A stretch of DNA of 64,000 bases from a phage, in the sequence record PZ452608.1; one strand, given 5' to 3'. Below the pieces are notes generated by a model, which worked only from the letters and a program-made list of their open reading frames with translations, was not told where the DNA came from and did no database searches. How positions within the stretch are numbered: the stretch's first letter is position 1; every line of letters begins with the position of its first letter. Below are positions 56,405-63,480 of the stretch, piece by piece. The translations under genes and the position numbers were made by a program.

Positions 56405-57820
56405 ATGAGCGAATTATTTAAACATGCGCACCTTCATGCAGGTCGAACTGAAAATGGTGCTGTAAACCATACTTCATCAATGTCTGCTCTTGTAGACTTT
56501 TACAAAGCTGCTGGTTCAAGCCGTAGCAATGTAGAAATCTTACCAGACCTGTTCTACAAAGCTTTGCGTGAGGATGTTGATGTTGCAGTTCGTATTTTAC
56601 TGCATATGCGAGATGTACGAGAAGGTATGGGTGAGCGTAAAGCCTTCAGAACTGTTTTACTTCAAGCGATTGAAGACAAAGTTTTAGAGTCTACGCAGGT
56701 TCTTCGCATTATGGATAAGATTGCAGAACTTGGTCGTTTTGATGACTTCAAAATCTTCGTAGGTACTCGTTTCGAGACAGATGCCTTCAAACACTTAGAA
56801 GCAGCATTACTAGACCCTGCAACAGCAGGTTTGGCGGCTAAGTGGTTACCACGAGTCAAACCACGTCATAAGCAGTTTGTAAAACGTTTCTGCAAGTTTG
56901 CCAACTTGAGTGAGAAAGAGTACCGCACACTGTTGTCTGCACTATCTGATACAGTTGAGCAAAAAATCTCTGCTAATGAGTTTGGTAAGATTGACTACAG
57001 TAAGATTCCTTCACTTGCTGCTGCACGTTACCAAAAACTGTTTAACCGTAAAGATGGAGAGCGTTACAAAGCTTACATCGAGTCCTTATCAAAAGGTGAG
57101 ACTAAGATTAACGCTGGTGCTGTTTACCCATACGATGTGATTAAATCTGTCAAGTATGGTAATGCAGATGTTGCTAATGAGCAGTGGAAAGCACTACCAA
57201 ACTGGATGGCAGAAGGTGAAAACATCTTGTGTATGTCTGATGTATCAAGTTCAATGTCTTGGGTGAATTTTGGCTCCATTACTGCTCTGGATATTGGTGT
57301 ATCACTTGCCTTGTATGTAGCAGAACGCAATACAGGTTGCTTTAAGAATGAGTTGATGGTTTATTCGACAAACCCTCACTTCATCGAACTGAGTGGTGAT
57401 TTACGAAACCGTCATCGTCAGGTGATGCGACACGTTGAATATGGCTCAACTAACTTACAAGCAGCTTTTGACCGCATTCTTGAAACAGGTAAAAGAAACA
57501 ACTTGACTCAGAAAGATATGCCAAGTAAGCTTATCATCTTCTCCGATATGGAGTTTAATCAGGTTGATGGAGCTAACGGTCGTACAAACTTTGAAGCAAT
57601 TCAGAGTAAGTACAAAAAAGCTGGATATGAGATGCCACAACTGGTATTCTGGTACTTAGCAAACCGTAATGGTACTTGCGAAGTATCTGTTAAGGATAAC
57701 GGTGTAGCAATGGTATCAGGGTTCTCTCCAGCCACTTTAAAAGCTCTGCTTGGTGGTGAGAAGTTTGACCCAATCAGTGTAATGCTCAAAGCAGTAATGA
57801 TTGACCGTTATATCTGGTAA
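56405..57820 (+). CDS. vWA (MIDAS) domain protein with N-terminal helical domain; possible Ro60/TROVE-like
   Basis: 471 aa; MIDAS-like DxSxS (CMSDVSSSMSW) and downstream IIFSDMEFN; long helical N-terminal region; TROVE assignment is inference only. Confidence 0.4.
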   Translation: MSELFKHAHLHAGRTENGAVNHTSSMSALVDFYKAAGSSRSNVEILPDLFYKALREDVDVAVRILLHMRDVREGMGERKAFRTVLLQAIEDKVLESTQVLRIMDKIAELGRFDDFKIFVGTRFETDAFKHLEAALLDPATAGLAAKWLPRVKPRHKQFVKRFCKFANLSEKEYRTLLSALSDTVEQKISANEFGKIDYSKIPSLAAARYQKLFNRKDGERYKAYIESLSKGETKINAGAVYPYDVIKSVKYGNADVANEQWKALPNWMAEGENILCMSDVSSSMSWVNFGSITALDIGVSLALYVAERNTGCFKNELMVYSTNPHFIELSGDLRNRHRQVMRHVEYGSTNLQAAFDRILETGKRNNLTQKDMPSKLIIFSDMEFNQVDGANGRTNFEAIQSKYKKAGYEMPQLVFWYLANRNGTCEVSVKDNGVAMVSGFSPATLKALLGGEKFDPISVMLKAVMIDRYIW

Positions 57821-57838
57821 AAAGTTTTAAAAAGGGTA

Positions 57839-57867
57839 TTGACAATGTGTTTAATACCCTTTAATAT
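57839..57867 (+). promoter_or_regulatory. sigma70-like promoter upstream of tRNA array
   Basis: TTGACA-17-TAATAT, overlapping AAGGGTA/TACCCTT inverted repeat. Confidence 0.5.
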
Positions 57868-57985
57868 GTTCTACATAGAAACGAAATGAGAGCTTTTCTA
57901 AGATGCTGAAAAATATTTTAAAAAAGTTCTTGACAACCACTAAAAAATAATGTTAAAGTGGTTACATAGAGTTTGAAAAGTTTAT

Positions 57986-58062
57986 CTCTGTTTAGCTCAG
58001 CTTGGTAGAGCGTTCCGTTTGGGGCGGTAAGGCCGGAGGTTCAAGTCCTCCAACAGAGACCA
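57986..58062 (+). tRNA. tRNA-Pro (anticodon TGG)
   Basis: Manual fold: 7-bp acceptor CTCTGTT/AACAGAG, GCTC/GAGC D-stem, loop TTTGGGG, T-arm GGAGG-TTCAAGT-CCTCC, CCA encoded. Confidence 0.75.
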
Positions 58063-58069
58063 AATTAAT

Positions 58070-58147
58070 GTTCCAGTAGACAAAATGGTAAAGTCACCAC
58101 TCTTTCAAAGTGGATATCTGAGGGTTCAAATCCCTTCTGGAACGCCA
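58070..58147 (+). tRNA. tRNA-Glu (anticodon TTC)
   Basis: Acceptor GTTCCAG/CTGGAAC, anticodon stem CCACT/AGTGG, loop CTTTCAA, CCA encoded. Confidence 0.7.
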
Positions 58148-58238
58148 GTTTTGACAGAAGACCAATTACAGCAAACTTAATCTACTCATCTGAAAGTTAA
58201 TCGGACAAAGAAGATATTTGGTCTGGTCATTAAGAATT

Positions 58239-58314
58239 GCGGGTATAGAGAAAGGGCGTCTCACATGTCTCATTAGCATGGTATCGGCAGGTTCGACTCC
58301 TGCACCCGCCTCCA
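58239..58314 (+). tRNA. tRNA with anticodon CAT (Met or Ile-lysidine type), atypical
   Basis: Acceptor GCGGGTA with one mismatch, D-stem GAGA/TCTC, anticodon stem CATGT/GCATG, loop CTCATTA (T at position 37), T-arm GCAGG-TTCGACT-CCTGC. Confidence 0.5.
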
Positions 58315-58398
58315 AATTTACAGAAGACCGTTTACAGCAATATTTATTAAATTTTTAGCGGAAAAAATTGAAAGATACGGTCTGGTAATACTAAACAT

Positions 58399-58475
58399 GG
58401 TTAGGAAGCACATAAGGTATGTGCGGTCGCCTGTTAAGCGAATGGCACAGGGTTCGAATCCCTGACTAACCGCCA
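58399..58475 (+). tRNA. tRNA-Asn (anticodon GTT)
   Basis: Acceptor GGTTAGG/ACTAACC (one mismatch), D-stem GCAC/GTGC, loop CTGTTAA, T-arm CAGGG-TTCGAAT-CCCTG. Confidence 0.65.
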
Positions 58476-58484
58476 AATTTAAAT

Positions 58485-58572
58485 GTGTCGTTATCCCGTA
58501 GATGGTAGCGGTGGGGACTGTAAATCCCTTGTCATTGAGACTCGGTAGGTTCGACTCCTACACGGCACACCA
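58485..58572 (+). tRNA. tRNA-Tyr (anticodon GTA), long variable arm
   Basis: 88 nt; acceptor GTGTCGT/ACGGCAC, loop CTGTAAA, T-arm GTAGG-TTCGACT-CCTAC. Confidence 0.7.
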
Positions 58573-58577
58573 ATAAA

Positions 58578-58655
58578 GGTTATGTAGTTTAATCTGGTTA
58601 AAATACTCCCCTGTCACGGGAGATGATGAGGGTTCGAATCCCTTCGTAACCGCCA
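58578..58655 (+). tRNA. tRNA-Asp (anticodon GTC)
   Basis: Acceptor GGTTATG/CGTAACC, anticodon stem CTCCC/GGGAG, loop CTGTCAC. Confidence 0.75.
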
Positions 58656-58838
58656 ATTTTGATAGGGCTATTTAGCCCCTCCCTTAAAGGGTTCTTACGA
58701 GTATTCTTTAAAGGAGCAGAAGACCAAATTCAGCAAGTTACTTAAAATTTCAAGCCAATTTAATTTTGAAAAATTTAAAACTTGGTCTGGCTCAACAAAT
58801 TTACAGAAGACCGTTTACAGCAAAACTTAAACAATCTA

Positions 58839-58912
58839 TTTCTCCGGTAAAGAAAAGGCGAAGGTTCGATTCCTTCACTCGGCAGATGTCGAGTTGGTGT
58901 AATGGTAGCACT
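58839..58912 (+). other. circularly permuted or rearranged tRNA-like gene (Thr-type anticodon GGT)
   Basis: 58839-58884 encodes anticodon arm (TTTCT-CCGGTAA-AGAAA), T-arm (GAAGG-TTCGATT-CCTTC), acceptor 3' strand ACTCGGC and discriminator; after a 3-nt linker, 58888-58912 encodes complementary acceptor 5' strand GTCGAGT plus D-arm (GTGT-AATGGTA-GCAC). Confidence 0.4.
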
Positions 58913-58943
58913 TAAGATGATAAACAACGGTCTGGTAATTACC

Positions 58944-59073
58944 TTTGTAGATAAGTTATTAAGCTTACTTGTGAGTATGCGACCACAAAGGGTGAATGGG
59001 TAAATTCTAGATTTAAACCCAAAAAGGCACATCGCTACAGACCTTAAGCAAGTCTGGGTAGCTTATCTACAAA
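58944..59073 (+). other. structured element: 12-bp perfect inverted repeat enclosing about 106 nt
   Basis: TTTGTAGATAAG (58944-58955) and CTTATCTACAAA (59062-59073); internal hairpin GGGTAAAT..ATTTAAACCC. Confidence 0.4.
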
Positions 59074-59084
59074 GATAATTTAAT

Positions 59085-59160
59085 GGAAGTGTAGCAGAAT
59101 GGTGATGCGGCAGACTTTTAATCTGACAGGCGATGGGTTCGAATCCCTCCACTTCTACCA
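59085..59160 (+). tRNA. tRNA-Lys (anticodon TTT)
   Basis: Acceptor GGAAGTG/CACTTCT (G-U at 1:72), loop CTTTTAA, T-loop TTCGAAT with weak T-stem, CCA encoded. Confidence 0.65.
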
Positions 59161-59164
59161 ATAT

Positions 59165-59241
59165 GGTTCAGTCGCAGATAAGGTAATGCAAGGGTCTCAT
59201 AAGCCCTATGAATGTGGGTTCGATTCCCATCTGAACCTCCA
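59165..59241 (+). tRNA. tRNA-Met (anticodon CAT)
   Basis: Acceptor GGTTCAG/CTGAACC, anticodon stem AGGGT/GCCCT, loop CTCATAA, T-arm TGGGTTCGATTCCCA. Confidence 0.7.
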
Positions 59242-59242
59242 A

Positions 59243-59318
59243 GCTGGTATAGTTAAGAAGGTTATAACACTCCCCTGATAAGGGAACATCGGTGGTTCGA
59301 TTCCACCTACCAGTACCA
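59243..59318 (+). tRNA. tRNA-Ile (anticodon GAT)
   Basis: Acceptor GCTGGTA/TACCAGT, D-stem GTTA/TAAC, loop CTGATAA, T-arm GGTGG-TTCGATT-CCACC. Confidence 0.75.
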
Positions 59319-59333
59319 ATTTCAATAAAGTTG

Positions 59334-59362
59334 TTGACATTGAGATGTGACTACTTTATAGT
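59334..59362 (+). promoter_or_regulatory. sigma70-like promoter inside tRNA array
   Basis: TTGACA-17-TATAGT. Confidence 0.5.
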
Positions 59363-59566
59363 AACCTTAGTTTTCGTTGCGTAGCGTCTATTTTGCAAAT
59401 TTAAAATAAATGCAAACGACAATGTTTTTCTGGCAGTAGCTTGATAGGCTAAACACCAGTGAGGTCTTCCAATCCCTCATCAAAGAATTTGGCGTACTAG
59501 CCCACGGTATGATTAATAAGGTGGGCATCTTTAAGGGCTTTCTAAGAGAGTCTTTAAAGATAATTA

Positions 59567-59648
59567 CGGGGCGTATCTCAGCGGTCTTCTAAACCGCCGT
59601 TAACCGAGTAAGTGGAGTATGCGGGTTCGAGTCCTGCCGCCTCGACCA
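59567..59648 (+). tRNA. atypical tRNA-like gene (possible anticodon TCT, Arg-type); no canonical D-arm
   Basis: Acceptor CGGGGCG/CGCCTCG, T-arm GCGGG-TTCGAGT-CCTGC, CCA; perfect stem-loop GCGGT-CTTCTAA-ACCGC only 7 nt after acceptor, plus 23-nt extra segment. Confidence 0.4.
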
Positions 59649-59797
59649 ATTTAGTTAGCAGATTACTTAGACGACCTAAACGGGTCTTCCTGTAGGGAGG
59701 TGGTCTGTATCTCATGTTTTCCAGAACATGTAAATAATCTGAGAAGGGGCTTTACAGTGTTGAGATAATACGGTAAGCTTTGAATTATAGTTTTAAT

Positions 59798-59868
59798 AGG
59801 GGTGAGCTATGGCAGCAATAGAGTCTCCAAAATTCTTGATTAGAGTTCGAATCTCTACACCCCTGCCA
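59798..59868 (+). tRNA. short tRNA, probable tRNA-Trp (anticodon CCA), reduced D-arm
   Basis: 71 nt; acceptor AGGGGTG/CACCCCT, anticodon arm AGAGT-CTCCAAA-ATTCT, T-arm TAGAG-TTCGAAT-CTCTA. Confidence 0.45.
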
Positions 59869-59882
59869 GAACAGGTGCTTGT

Positions 59883-60287
59883 ATGAAACTTTGTAGAAAA
59901 TGTTCTCAAGAAAAGCCTTTAAGCTGCTTTCATAAAAGAGGTAATGGCTATCAGTCTGCTTGTAAAGATTGTAAAGCTAAGTACTCAGCAAAGAGATACA
60001 AAGAAGACCCTACTTATAAAGCAAAAAGAAAAGTTAGGGCAAAATATGACAAAAAGAGGAACAGAGAGTTCCTTAGTAGATATAAAAAGTTTTGCAAATG
60101 CAGAATATGTGGCGAATCTGAGCCAGTAGCTTTGGATTTTCATCACTTAGACCCTAAAGAGAAAGATTTTGCTCCAAGCAATCTTAAAACTTACTCTAGA
60201 GGCACTATTAAGCGTGAAGTCCGTAAGTGTGTTGTGCTTTGTTCAAACTGTCATAGGAAAGTTCATGCAGGACTGTTAAGTATTTAA
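59883..60287 (+). CDS. HNH homing endonuclease
   Basis: 134 aa with CRKC, CKDC, CRIC cysteine pairs, HH motif (LDFHHLDP) and CSNCHRKVH; embedded in tRNA array. Confidence 0.6.
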   Translation: MKLCRKCSQEKPLSCFHKRGNGYQSACKDCKAKYSAKRYKEDPTYKAKRKVRAKYDKKRNREFLSRYKKFCKCRICGESEPVALDFHHLDPKEKDFAPSNLKTYSRGTIKREVRKCVVLCSNCHRKVHAGLLSI

Positions 60288-60300
60288 CAGTCTTATTAGG

Positions 60301-60388
60301 GGTAGGTAGCGGCTAATGGCAGCCAAACAGTCTTGAAAACTGTTGCCACTGTAGAGATACGGTGAGGGTTCGACTCCTTTACTTACCG
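60301..60388 (+). tRNA. tRNA-Ser (anticodon TGA), long variable arm; CCA not encoded
   Basis: Acceptor GGTAGGT/ACTTACC, anticodon arm ACAGT-CTTGAAA-ACTGT, 20-nt variable arm. Confidence 0.7.
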
Positions 60389-60544
60389 CCTAATAAGATT
60401 TACTCCGTCCATGCTTGTTCGCATTGTCGGTTTATCCCTCGTGTATTGTCGTACACTGTCAAAGCACCTAGTAGGTGTCACGGAGAAGAGATAATATCAA
60501 GCTCTCCAAAGGTTCTAGTCACCGGATTAAACAAGACTATGCAA

Positions 60545-60565
60545 AGACCTATTTAGGTCTTTTTA
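60545..60565 (+). terminator. intrinsic terminator inside tRNA array
   Basis: AGACC-TATTT-AGGTCT then TTTTT. Confidence 0.5.
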
Positions 60566-60644
60566 GAGGGCTTCTAAGGTTATTAGTCGCTTGTTGTGGA
60601 ACCTTGTTGCTCAGGTTCTTAGAAGTTCTCTAAAAAGATTTAAT

Positions 60645-60721
60645 GCACCTATAGCCCAACTGGTAGAGGCAGCAGACTTAGAATCTGCTCAGTGTGAGTT
60701 CGAATCTCTCTAGGTGTACCA
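60645..60721 (+). tRNA. tRNA with Leu-type anticodon TAG but short (type I) variable loop
   Basis: Acceptor GCACCTA/TAGGTGT, anticodon arm GCAGA-CTTAGAA-TCTGC, 5-nt variable loop, T-arm GTGAG-TTCGAAT-CTCTC. Confidence 0.55.
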
Positions 60722-60728
60722 AATTAAT

Positions 60729-60804
60729 GCAGGTGTAGCAAAATGGTTATGCGGCTGACTCTTAATCAGTAAGACGATGGGTTCAATTCCCTCCACCTGT
60801 ACCA
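60729..60804 (+). tRNA. tRNA-Lys (anticodon CTT)
   Basis: Acceptor GCAGGTG/CACCTGT, anticodon arm GCTGA-CTCTTAA-TCAGT, T-loop TTCAATT. Confidence 0.6.
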
Positions 60805-60810
60805 AACAAT

Positions 60811-60886
60811 GGGGTCATAGTTTATATGGTTAAAATTCGAGTTTTGCAAACTTGGGAACTGAGTTCAATTCTCAGTGACTCCACCA
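60811..60886 (+). tRNA. tRNA-Ala (anticodon TGC)
   Basis: Acceptor GGGGTCA/TGACTCC, anticodon arm CGAGT-TTTGCAA-ACTTG, T-arm CTGAG-TTCAATT-CTCAG. Confidence 0.7.
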
Positions 60887-60892
60887 ATTAGT

Positions 60893-60967
60893 GCATCCAT
60901 AGTTTAAACGGGAAAATTACAGTCTTCCAAACTGAGGTTGAGGGTTCGATTCCCTCTGGATGCTCCA
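60893..60967 (+). tRNA. tRNA-Gly (anticodon TCC)
   Basis: Acceptor GCATCCA/TGGATGC, loop CTTCCAA, T-arm GAGGG-TTCGATT-CCCTC. Confidence 0.7.
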
Positions 60968-60974
60968 AATTAAT

Positions 60975-61050
60975 GCTCCTATCGTATAATTGGTTATTAC
61001 GGTTGCCTTGTAAGCAACTTATCAGGGTTCGAGTCCTTGTGGGAGCACCA
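60975..61050 (+). tRNA. tRNA-Thr (anticodon TGT)
   Basis: Acceptor GCTCCTA/TGGGAGC, anticodon arm GTTGC-CTTGTAA-GCAAC, T-arm CAGGG-TTCGAGT-CCTTG. Confidence 0.75.
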
Positions 61051-61146
61051 ATTCGGAGGTCAAGTGAAAGACCGCTTTGAGTCAACTGAAGACCGTAACA
61101 AATTCCACGAAGTTGAGTTAGCGGCACAACTTCAGACCTCTTTCAT

Positions 61147-61221
61147 ACTCGCTTAGTTTATATGGTAAAACATCACCCTTACAAGATGAAGAAAAAGGTT
61201 CAAGTCCTTTAGTGAGTACCA
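61147..61221 (+). tRNA. tRNA-Val (anticodon TAC)
   Basis: Acceptor ACTCGCT/AGTGAGT, loop CTTACAA, T-arm AAAGG-TTCAAGT-CCTTT. Confidence 0.65.
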
Positions 61222-61222
61222 T

Positions 61223-61300
61223 GTTCCAGTATCCCAATTGGCAGAGGATGCAAGCTCAAACCTTGTATTAGTGACGGTTCGAATCCGTCTTGGAACACCA
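61223..61300 (+). tRNA. tRNA with Leu-type anticodon CAA but short (type I) variable loop
   Basis: Acceptor GTTCCAG/TTGGAAC, anticodon arm (AT)GCAAG-CTCAAAC-CTTGT(AT), T-arm GACGG-TTCGAAT-CCGTC. Confidence 0.55.
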
Positions 61301-61305
61301 ATTTT

Positions 61306-61381
61306 GCAGGATTAGTTCAAATGGAAAGAGCAACAGTCTACGAAGCTGTTAATAGGGGTTCGAATCCCTTATCCTGCGCCA
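61306..61381 (+). tRNA. tRNA-Arg (anticodon ACG)
   Basis: Acceptor GCAGGAT/ATCCTGC, anticodon arm ACAGT-CTACGAA-GCTGT, T-arm AGGGG-TTCGAAT-CCCTT. Confidence 0.7.
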
Positions 61382-61398
61382 GATAAAAAGGTGATACT

Positions 61399-61641
61399 AT
61401 GCAAACATTAACAGTAGTTGAACATGAAAACTGTGAGAGTATTGAGTTTGTCAGGGTCATTGGTGTTGAACACCACATTTTCTTAAAAGTGGGATACTTA
61501 TGTGACCCCACTAGAGTAGAAAGATTTATACGTGATTGTTTTGGTGGTAGACATCTGAAGAGTGTTATTTTTGAGACAGTTTTACCAGAAGGTTTAGAAA
61601 CGAATAATAACATTTACCTCCTTACGAGGATTAGACAATGA
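61399..61641 (+). CDS. hypothetical protein
   Basis: 80-aa ORF inside tRNA array, AAAGGTGA RBS. Confidence 0.4.
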   Translation: MQTLTVVEHENCESIEFVRVIGVEHHIFLKVGYLCDPTRVERFIRDCFGGRHLKSVIFETVLPEGLETNNNIYLLTRIRQ

Positions 61642-62195
61642 GATACTTAAAGTATGCTTCATGGATTTTCTTAGCTTTGTTAGAGCCATTTGCAGCAATC
61701 TTAGCAGTTATCTTAGCACCTTTTGTAGTTCCATTCTACAGTGAGAAGAAAGGACACTTGCCTTTCGGGTTCAGATGGATGGAGACTTATGACAACCCAA
61801 TTGATGGTGATGCAGGTCATATCAAACGATGGGCTAAGATTAGAAAGATTGGTAAGCTTGGTGTCTACATGCAGAGAGTTGGATGGCTCTGGAGAAACAA
61901 AGCTTATAACTTCTCTTACCATGTATTAGGAAGAGATGTAAAAGATGTTACTAAGTGGAAAGGTAATATCAACGTAAGTTCTAACCCTGAAGATAATCAG
62001 ACTGGTTATCTCCTAATGTGGAACAGTAATGCTTGGGGGTTATTCGCTTTTGTGCCGTCAATCAAAATCTTTGGTAAACAATTTTACTGGAGAATTTATA
62101 TTGGGTGGAAACTTAAAAGCGTTGTCCCAGAAGAAAGAGCATTTTCAAGGGAAAGAGTTATGTTGGCATTCTTTATTCATCCACTAAGAAAGTAA
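61638..62195 (+). CDS. membrane protein
   Basis: N-terminal TM (WIFLALLEPFAAILAVILAPFVVPF); 185 aa. Confidence 0.4.
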   Translation: MRYLKYASWIFLALLEPFAAILAVILAPFVVPFYSEKKGHLPFGFRWMETYDNPIDGDAGHIKRWAKIRKIGKLGVYMQRVGWLWRNKAYNFSYHVLGRDVKDVTKWKGNINVSSNPEDNQTGYLLMWNSNAWGLFAFVPSIKIFGKQFYWRIYIGWKLKSVVPEERAFSRERVMLAFFIHPLRK

Positions 62196-62203
62196 AGATT
62201 TAA

Positions 62204-62279
62204 AGGGGATTAGTTTACAAGGTTAAAACCTCGGTCTTTGAAATCGAAGAAGTTGGTTCAATTCCAACATCCCCCGCCA
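62204..62279 (+). tRNA. tRNA-Gln (anticodon TTG)
   Basis: Acceptor AGGGGAT/ATCCCCC (1:72 mismatch), anticodon arm TCGGT-CTTTGAA-ATCGA, T-arm GTTGG-TTCAATT-CCAAC. Confidence 0.65.
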
Positions 62280-62281
62280 AT

Positions 62282-62360
62282 GCTCCATTACTCCAATTGG
62301 CAGAGAGGCCAGACTTAAAATCTGTGTTATGTATCGGTTCGAATCCGATATGGAGTACCA
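62282..62360 (+). tRNA. tRNA with Leu-type anticodon TAA but short variable loop
   Basis: Acceptor GCTCCAT/ATGGAGT, anticodon arm CCAGA-CTTAAAA-TCTGT, T-arm ATCGG-TTCGAAT-CCGAT; D-arm paralogous to 61223-61300. Confidence 0.55.
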
Positions 62361-62365
62361 AATTT

Positions 62366-62441
62366 AGCGGTATAGCATAACTGGCAATGCAGCAGTCTCT
62401 GAAGCTGTCCTATTAAGGTTCAAATCCTTATGCCGCTGCCA
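62366..62441 (+). tRNA. tRNA-Gln (anticodon CTG)
   Basis: Acceptor AGCGGTA/TGCCGCT, D-stem GCAT/ATGC, loop CTCTGAA, T-arm TAAGG-TTCAAAT-CCTTA. Confidence 0.7.
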
Positions 62442-62472
62442 CTTCTAAGGATTCTTACGAGAGTCCTTAAAT

Positions 62473-62548
62473 GTGGCCTTATCATAAATGGTAATGACCC
62501 ATGCTGTGAACATGGTCTATACGGGTTCAAATCCCGTAGGTCACCCCA
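62473..62548 (+). tRNA. tRNA-His (anticodon GTG)
   Basis: Acceptor GTGGCCT/AGGTCAC, anticodon arm CCATG-CTGTGAA-CATGG, T-arm ACGGG-TTCAAAT-CCCGT. Confidence 0.75.
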
Positions 62549-62553
62549 ATTTA

Positions 62554-62630
62554 TAGTCCAAGTAGCTTATATGGTTAAAGCGCGTGTCTGAAAAACATGA
62601 GAAGAGGGTTCAAATCCCACTGGACTACCA
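62554..62630 (+). tRNA. tRNA-Phe (anticodon GAA)
   Basis: Acceptor TAGTCCA/TGGACTA, anticodon arm CGTGT-CTGAAAA-ACATG, T-loop TTCAAAT; exact 5' boundary uncertain by 1 nt. Confidence 0.65.
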
Positions 62631-62646
62631 ATTTCAAAGGTGCTTA

Positions 62647-63381
62647 ATGAAAGAGATGACAGAACAAGGTAAGGAGATTTTCAATCTCTTAAAAACCGGT
62701 AAAGGGTTTTCTAACCCCCTTATTACTGGTGCAGCAGTTCTCGGTGGAACCGTAGCTGCCTCTACATCACTTGTAAGCTCTATTAGCTCTGTATCAGACC
62801 CTACAGTAAAGGATAAGCTTGTTGCTGCTGGACTTACAACAGTTCTGCTTAACAGCTTTACCACGAGTCTGACAAGCACTACATCAACTACCAAAACACT
62901 AACAGATTACGGTCAAAAGTCCATTGATGAGTTTTCATCACGTATGCAGGTAGCAAAAGGTTACTCAAATGTTATGGGTGCAGCAGGTGAACAAGTTGGC
63001 TGTACACCATTTAGTGGTATTATGGGTGTTGCTACAGAGTATGGTCAAAAAGCTATTGATACGATTAACAGTGCACTAGATAGTGTTAATGGTGTGTTAA
63101 GTGACTTACAAGATGCTATTGACAAAGGTCTTGATACTATTTCTGATTTAGCTGAGCAAGCTGTTAGTAAGATTAATGAAGGTATTTCAAAAATTACAGC
63201 TTATGCAGATGAAGTTGTGCAGATGATTGAAGAAGAAGCTGCTCTTATTGCAGAGTACCTTAAAACGAATATCAATGGGTTCTTAGCAGGTATCTTACCA
63301 GACTGGTTTGATGATGCTTGTAAAACTGGTGTAATTGACACTATTGCAACACCAGAAATGAAGAACGCATTACAGAAATAA
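62647..63381 (+). CDS. hypothetical Ser/Thr-rich protein
   Basis: Track ORF starts inside tRNA-Phe; start moved to first ATG after the tRNA (MKEMTEQGK). Confidence 0.4.
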   Translation: MKEMTEQGKEIFNLLKTGKGFSNPLITGAAVLGGTVAASTSLVSSISSVSDPTVKDKLVAAGLTTVLLNSFTTSLTSTTSTTKTLTDYGQKSIDEFSSRMQVAKGYSNVMGAAGEQVGCTPFSGIMGVATEYGQKAIDTINSALDSVNGVLSDLQDAIDKGLDTISDLAEQAVSKINEGISKITAYADEVVQMIEEEAALIAEYLKTNINGFLAGILPDWFDDACKTGVIDTIATPEMKNALQK

Positions 63382-63383
63382 AT

Positions 63384-63476
63384 GGAAGATTAACCCTAAA
63401 AGGTAAGGGAGCAGTTTGCTAAACTGCCAGTAGCTGAGAAATCGGTGTACCAGTTCAAGTCTGGTATCTTCCTCCA
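63384..63476 (+). tRNA. tRNA-Ser (anticodon GCT), long variable arm
   Basis: 93 nt; acceptor GGAAGAT/ATCTTCC, anticodon arm GCAGT-TTGCTAA-ACTGC. Confidence 0.75.
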
Positions 63477-63480
63477 ATTT

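Noticed and set aside
58839-58912. Reading 58839-58884 and 58888-58912 as two independent truncated tRNA pseudogenes
   Set aside because: The acceptor strands of the two fragments are complementary to each other and together make exactly one complete tRNA, so a single permuted or rearranged gene is the simpler reading; pseudogene status is still possible.
58775-59032. Minus-strand ORF of 85 aa inside the tRNA array (also 60888-61127 and 61338-61613 on minus, 60362-60556 on plus)
   Set aside because: They lie antisense to or across tRNA genes and structured spacers, have no RBS and show low-complexity composition; most likely spurious.
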